A program made the translations under genes and the position numbers. Positions 56,691-64,000 of a stretch of DNA of 64,000 bases are shown one piece after another (the stretch's first letter is position 1; each line of letters opens with the position of its first letter). The stretch is from the human T2T-CHM13v2.0 reference genome, Homo sapiens. The notes under the pieces were generated by a model that had not been told where the DNA came from, ran no database searches, and saw nothing but the letters and a program-made list of their open reading frames with translations. The DNA is taken from assembly GCF_009914755.1 (NCBI RefSeq), contig NC_060939.1; one strand, 5' to 3'.

Positions 56691-58755
56691 TGGGTAATTT
56701 CCATAGTCTGTACAGCCAGAGATTAGTTCAGATGTAATCACTTACAAATAGGGGCTATATACAGAAGAACACTAGTGAAAGAAATGTAGGTAAAAATAAA
56801 TTAGTAGAAAAACTTAGAAATACAATGGTTTCTTTTGGATATCAATTATGTATTGAAAAGATGCCTTGTGATGATGAGGTAGATGAATTCAATGTAATTT
56901 TATCATATTGTAATAAAAAATAAGAATTGCAGACACCTTGGGTTCTTATAATCAAAGAAATTAGTTCCTACCGTGGACTATACTGCTGTAAAAAACAAAA
57001 GTATCTAAATCAAACTACTAAGAAGTTCCTTTCTACTGAATAACGCTATAATAGTATTGATAATGTGAATTAACATTTTAGGGGCTCTGACTAAACAGGA
57101 GAAAACAAAATCCCAGAAGGCAGCATGGTGGTCTGGGTGCCCTCTCTAGGAGGCTGAAAAGGCATCTCAACTCAGGGTCTCTTAGAACAGACCTTAAAGA
57201 CTAGGCATCTGGCTGGTCTGTAAAGAGGCCTATAAAACCACACAGCAAAGACATGTGTAGGTCTCGCTCTCACTCTTCTTTAATAACCCACTGAGGTGAC
57301 TTTGCACCAACATACCCAAATAGTGCTAGGCACATAGCTGACTGCAGTAAAGGCTTGTTGAATGACTGAAAAACAACCACAATGAAAGACAACTGTGAAT
57401 CTCTACAACACTCACAAAGAAAAAATCCATGCTACAGTCACTTTTTCCTCATGTTTTCCAAAGAGTCACACTGAGTGGTCAGATAATGGGGAGAGGATCC
57501 ATTTGGTAAAGGTCATGGGTTAGGAGGAAGGGAAGCAAAGGCCAAAGCACCACAGAGCAAAGACCTTGTGAATGGCTTCCAGGATCACGCACTGGTCACA
57601 TGCCCTGAATGCTGCCCCGTCAGGACATCCTGGCCAAACAGTCTTTAGTCTCAGTCAGACTTTTTCCTGGAAGGATCCTTCATAAATAAATCTTGTATGA
57701 AAGGAATGTAAATGGCTTTTTATAGGCGTTGTTGTTTACTCTGGCTGACCTTTGACCACAGGGCTTTCCAGTTGAAACTGCAATTTTTTCTTTTGATGTC
57801 CTTCATTAACAGTAATTAAAATATTTGGGAAGGAGTGCTTGTGTCCAAAAACACCTGTCTTTTTCTCTATATCAGGCGATTGCAGTCACTCAAATTTATA
57901 AGTTGAGCATTTTCCGCCCTTTGGAGGGGTCAGCATATGCATAGTCCAGATTCTACACATGAGAAATAGATTACTTCTTTGCCATAATCCCAACTCTAAG
58001 CAACCAGTTTGTAATGTAGGCAGGGATCAGAAGGAGACTTTAGTCTCTTTTTCCATTTTGCCCAATATTAGACAGAGGGTGTTAAAATGATGGTTACCCA
58101 AATGTTGACTCTAAATAACATTCACTGTTACCTAAGTAATTCTAAGTTGTAGAGTCTGAAGGCTCAAGCAAGATTTCCTAATAAAATCTGTGAAAAATTA
58201 CATTTTTACTAAGTAGAGCCAAGTAAAATTTAATGGTGAAAATGCCACTCTTTTAGAGCTAAACTTTTCAAAATCATTGTGCACTACTACTGGGACTGCC
58301 CAAGTAATTCTGCTTCCCAAGTTAAGTAAGATATTTCAGAGGTAATAAATTATACACCTCCTGATTTTTTTCCACCACAAAGGTACTGCAAAATATACTG
58401 AGCCCTGGGTCTCACAGCCCAGTTTTCTAATAATTGGGTAAGCCAGGAGAACGACTGCGGCTCTAAAACTCAGAAGCCCAAATCACTAGAAGTCAACATA
58501 CTACAGCTCTGGTTGGGGTCTATATTAGCAGAATTTTCTACAAAGAAATATACATAGTCTTAAATGTTCTTATCCTTTCACTCAGTAATTTCCCATGTTT
58601 GAATCTATGCTAAGACAGTAATCTAAAATAGTGACAAAGCTTTATACACAAAAATATTCACTCAACATTTCTAGTAGATATTTCTATTCAATAGAAAAGT
58701 GGTATATATACCCAGTGTTAACAGAATAGTGATCATTAAAAATGTTGTCGGCAAG

Positions 58756-61163
<2,408 letters not shown>

Positions 61164-61527
61164 CTACTGTAAGCAATGAGGAATACAGGCTGGTGGATTT
61201 TTTTCTACATACCTATTATCCATTGAGGAGGATCTTGGTTCATACTTAGAAATGATTTCTTTTATTATCCAAAGAAATAGGCACTGGTGTCATAAGAAAG
61301 CATACTTCAAACATACAAACTATCAGGTATATTCTCTTTTTCTCTCCCAGACACATAGATCTGAATTATGATAAGCAGATTTAGTAACTTCTTAAAATGG
61401 CAGGAATTACATCTTGATTCCTTAACAATCTCAGATGTCCTGGCATTTAAAAAAAAAAAAAAACTTACCATTTCAAGCACTAGAGGGAAATTAAAAAGAT
61501 AATTTTTGTAATTCCCATGAACATTAC

Positions 61528-61622
61528 CTGTTCTGAAAATCAGCAACCATGTCTCGCCTCTCCGAGATCTTGGATGAGCCATCAAGCCTCATGTAGGTAT
61601 GCTTCCTGTAAACCATGTATTC
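61528..61622 (-). CDS. INO80: INO80 coding exon, helicase C lobe (EYMVYRKHTYMRLDGSSKISERRDMVADFQN); the gene continues beyond the window
   Basis: AG/GT boundaries, 95 nt; RLDGS motif. The nine exons total 1269 nt = 422 aa + stop. Confidence 0.96.
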
Positions 61623-63086
61623 CTGCCAACCAGGATAAAAGGACACAGTAAATCTGATGCAAATTACTGTATTCTGATTTCCACAGGCATCTACCCATCT
61701 TCTACCTTGTCCACACTGGAGGCAAGCCATTATAACCAGAATGGGGAGAGAGTAACCCCAAGAGTACAAGAAGTTAATCTGTAAATGAGTTTACTGCCAA
61801 TGTGTGAAAATCCAGGGCAATCTGAAGATTATAATCACTCTCAATTTCAGTTTGGAACCTAATCTTATTCCTGTAAATTCCTGTAGGTTTCATTAAAAAA
61901 AAAAAAAAAAAAAAAATTCCACAAACCAAAATAGTTTTTCAGTCATCAACCAGATATCTTTCACAGCTATGAAAATACCTACTTTTTTTGTCAGTGAATA
62001 ACATTCACTGAAACGAATGTGTTTCCCCAGAGCAAACCTTTACTGATTAAAATGCTTAAATTTACAGCCTAAGCTTCCTTCTCCCAACAGAGCATGCATC
62101 ACTGTTATGGGAGGCCTAAGCATCAGAGTAAAACAAAAGACAAGGTAATTTTCTATGGCAGAGAATGTTCTTGACATCATCAAGAGGAATTACAACTTTT
62201 AAGAATGAAGAGACTCCAAAAGATACAATAGAGAGACTGCCTCTCCATTCTTAGAAATTGCAATTCTTCTTATAGTTATGTCCAAATGAACATTTATTTC
62301 CTCTTTTGTTATCTCTGATTATGCTACAAAAAGTCCACTTGTAGAAGAACTAGTATCAAAAACTCAACACAGCTGCCTATTTATAAGAAACAGCATAAAA
62401 TAGTTGATTCGGTTCTAAAATAACTTCTCTATTGAAAAAGACTAATCATTTCTACATTTGGGAAATGTTTGTGTTAATTAGTTTTCTGTGGTCAAATGTT
62501 CTTATACTGCAATATTTTCATATGTAACTCTTATACTTGGTGGGGCATTTTAGCACATCAGGTTGCTGTAGTTTGGAATATCTGGTGCAGCGTATGTGAC
62601 AGCCTATTCTTAGATGGAGTGAGTGCCAAGAACTTGGCAGAGGTCTCTGGCTAGGGTACATGTGAAGCGAAGCTGGTCAACAAAGTAGACAAGCTCATTG
62701 ACATATGCATCTTCATTGTGTTTTATATTTGGTTTAATTTTGATTTTTTAATTTTTTACCATTTCTGTCTCAAAGTGGTTCCTTAAGAGCTGTGATAATC
62801 AAAGAGGAGCATAAAATAAAGTGAGCTTCAAGTTCATACTTAGTGGTATTGCTATATCGTAGGACTGAACTAATGGCAGAAGGGTAGGGGGCGTTTTGGA
62901 TAAAAAGGACTTCAAGAAAGAAGGTATAAAATGATAGCAAGATGATGGTCCTTAGAGGCTTGCTATACCTTTTGCAGCTAATCCAATCACAGAACGTTGC
63001 AATCAGAACAACAAAGTAACTAGACAATACCAAGACAGTTTACAGAGACACCCAAAACACAGATTATAATTTTAGCAAAAAGGTAG

Positions 63087-64000
<914 letters not shown>

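Overview
Human (primate) genomic DNA, recognisable as the CHAC1-INO80 locus (15q15.1, from recall). It holds the complete three-exon CHAC1 gene on + (222 aa glutathione-specific gamma-glutamylcyclotransferase, CDS 9517-11709) with a CpG-island ATF4-type promoter, and the last nine coding exons plus 3'UTR of INO80 on - (61622-~34820, 422 C-terminal residues), tail-to-tail with CHAC1. It also has a full-length, TSD-flanked ISCA1 processed pseudogene on - (2345-4931), a solo ERV9 LTR12 (17370-18834), two MLT2 LTRs, and many Alu, L1, L2, MIR and MER5 fragments. Nearly all ORFs in the supplied track are Alu-derived or GC-rich noise. I see no clearly new protein-coding system. The best leads are regulatory or splicing-related: an in-frame exitron that deletes the CHAC1 catalytic Glu; signals that could splice a divergent CHAC1-promoter transcript onto the ISCA1 pseudogene; an Alu-born ATF4 site in CHAC1 intron 2; an LTR12 that could terminate CHAC1 read-through or start an RNA antisense to INO80; and candidate INO80 poison or extension splice events. 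Repeat boundaries and subfamilies were judged by eye and are approximate.
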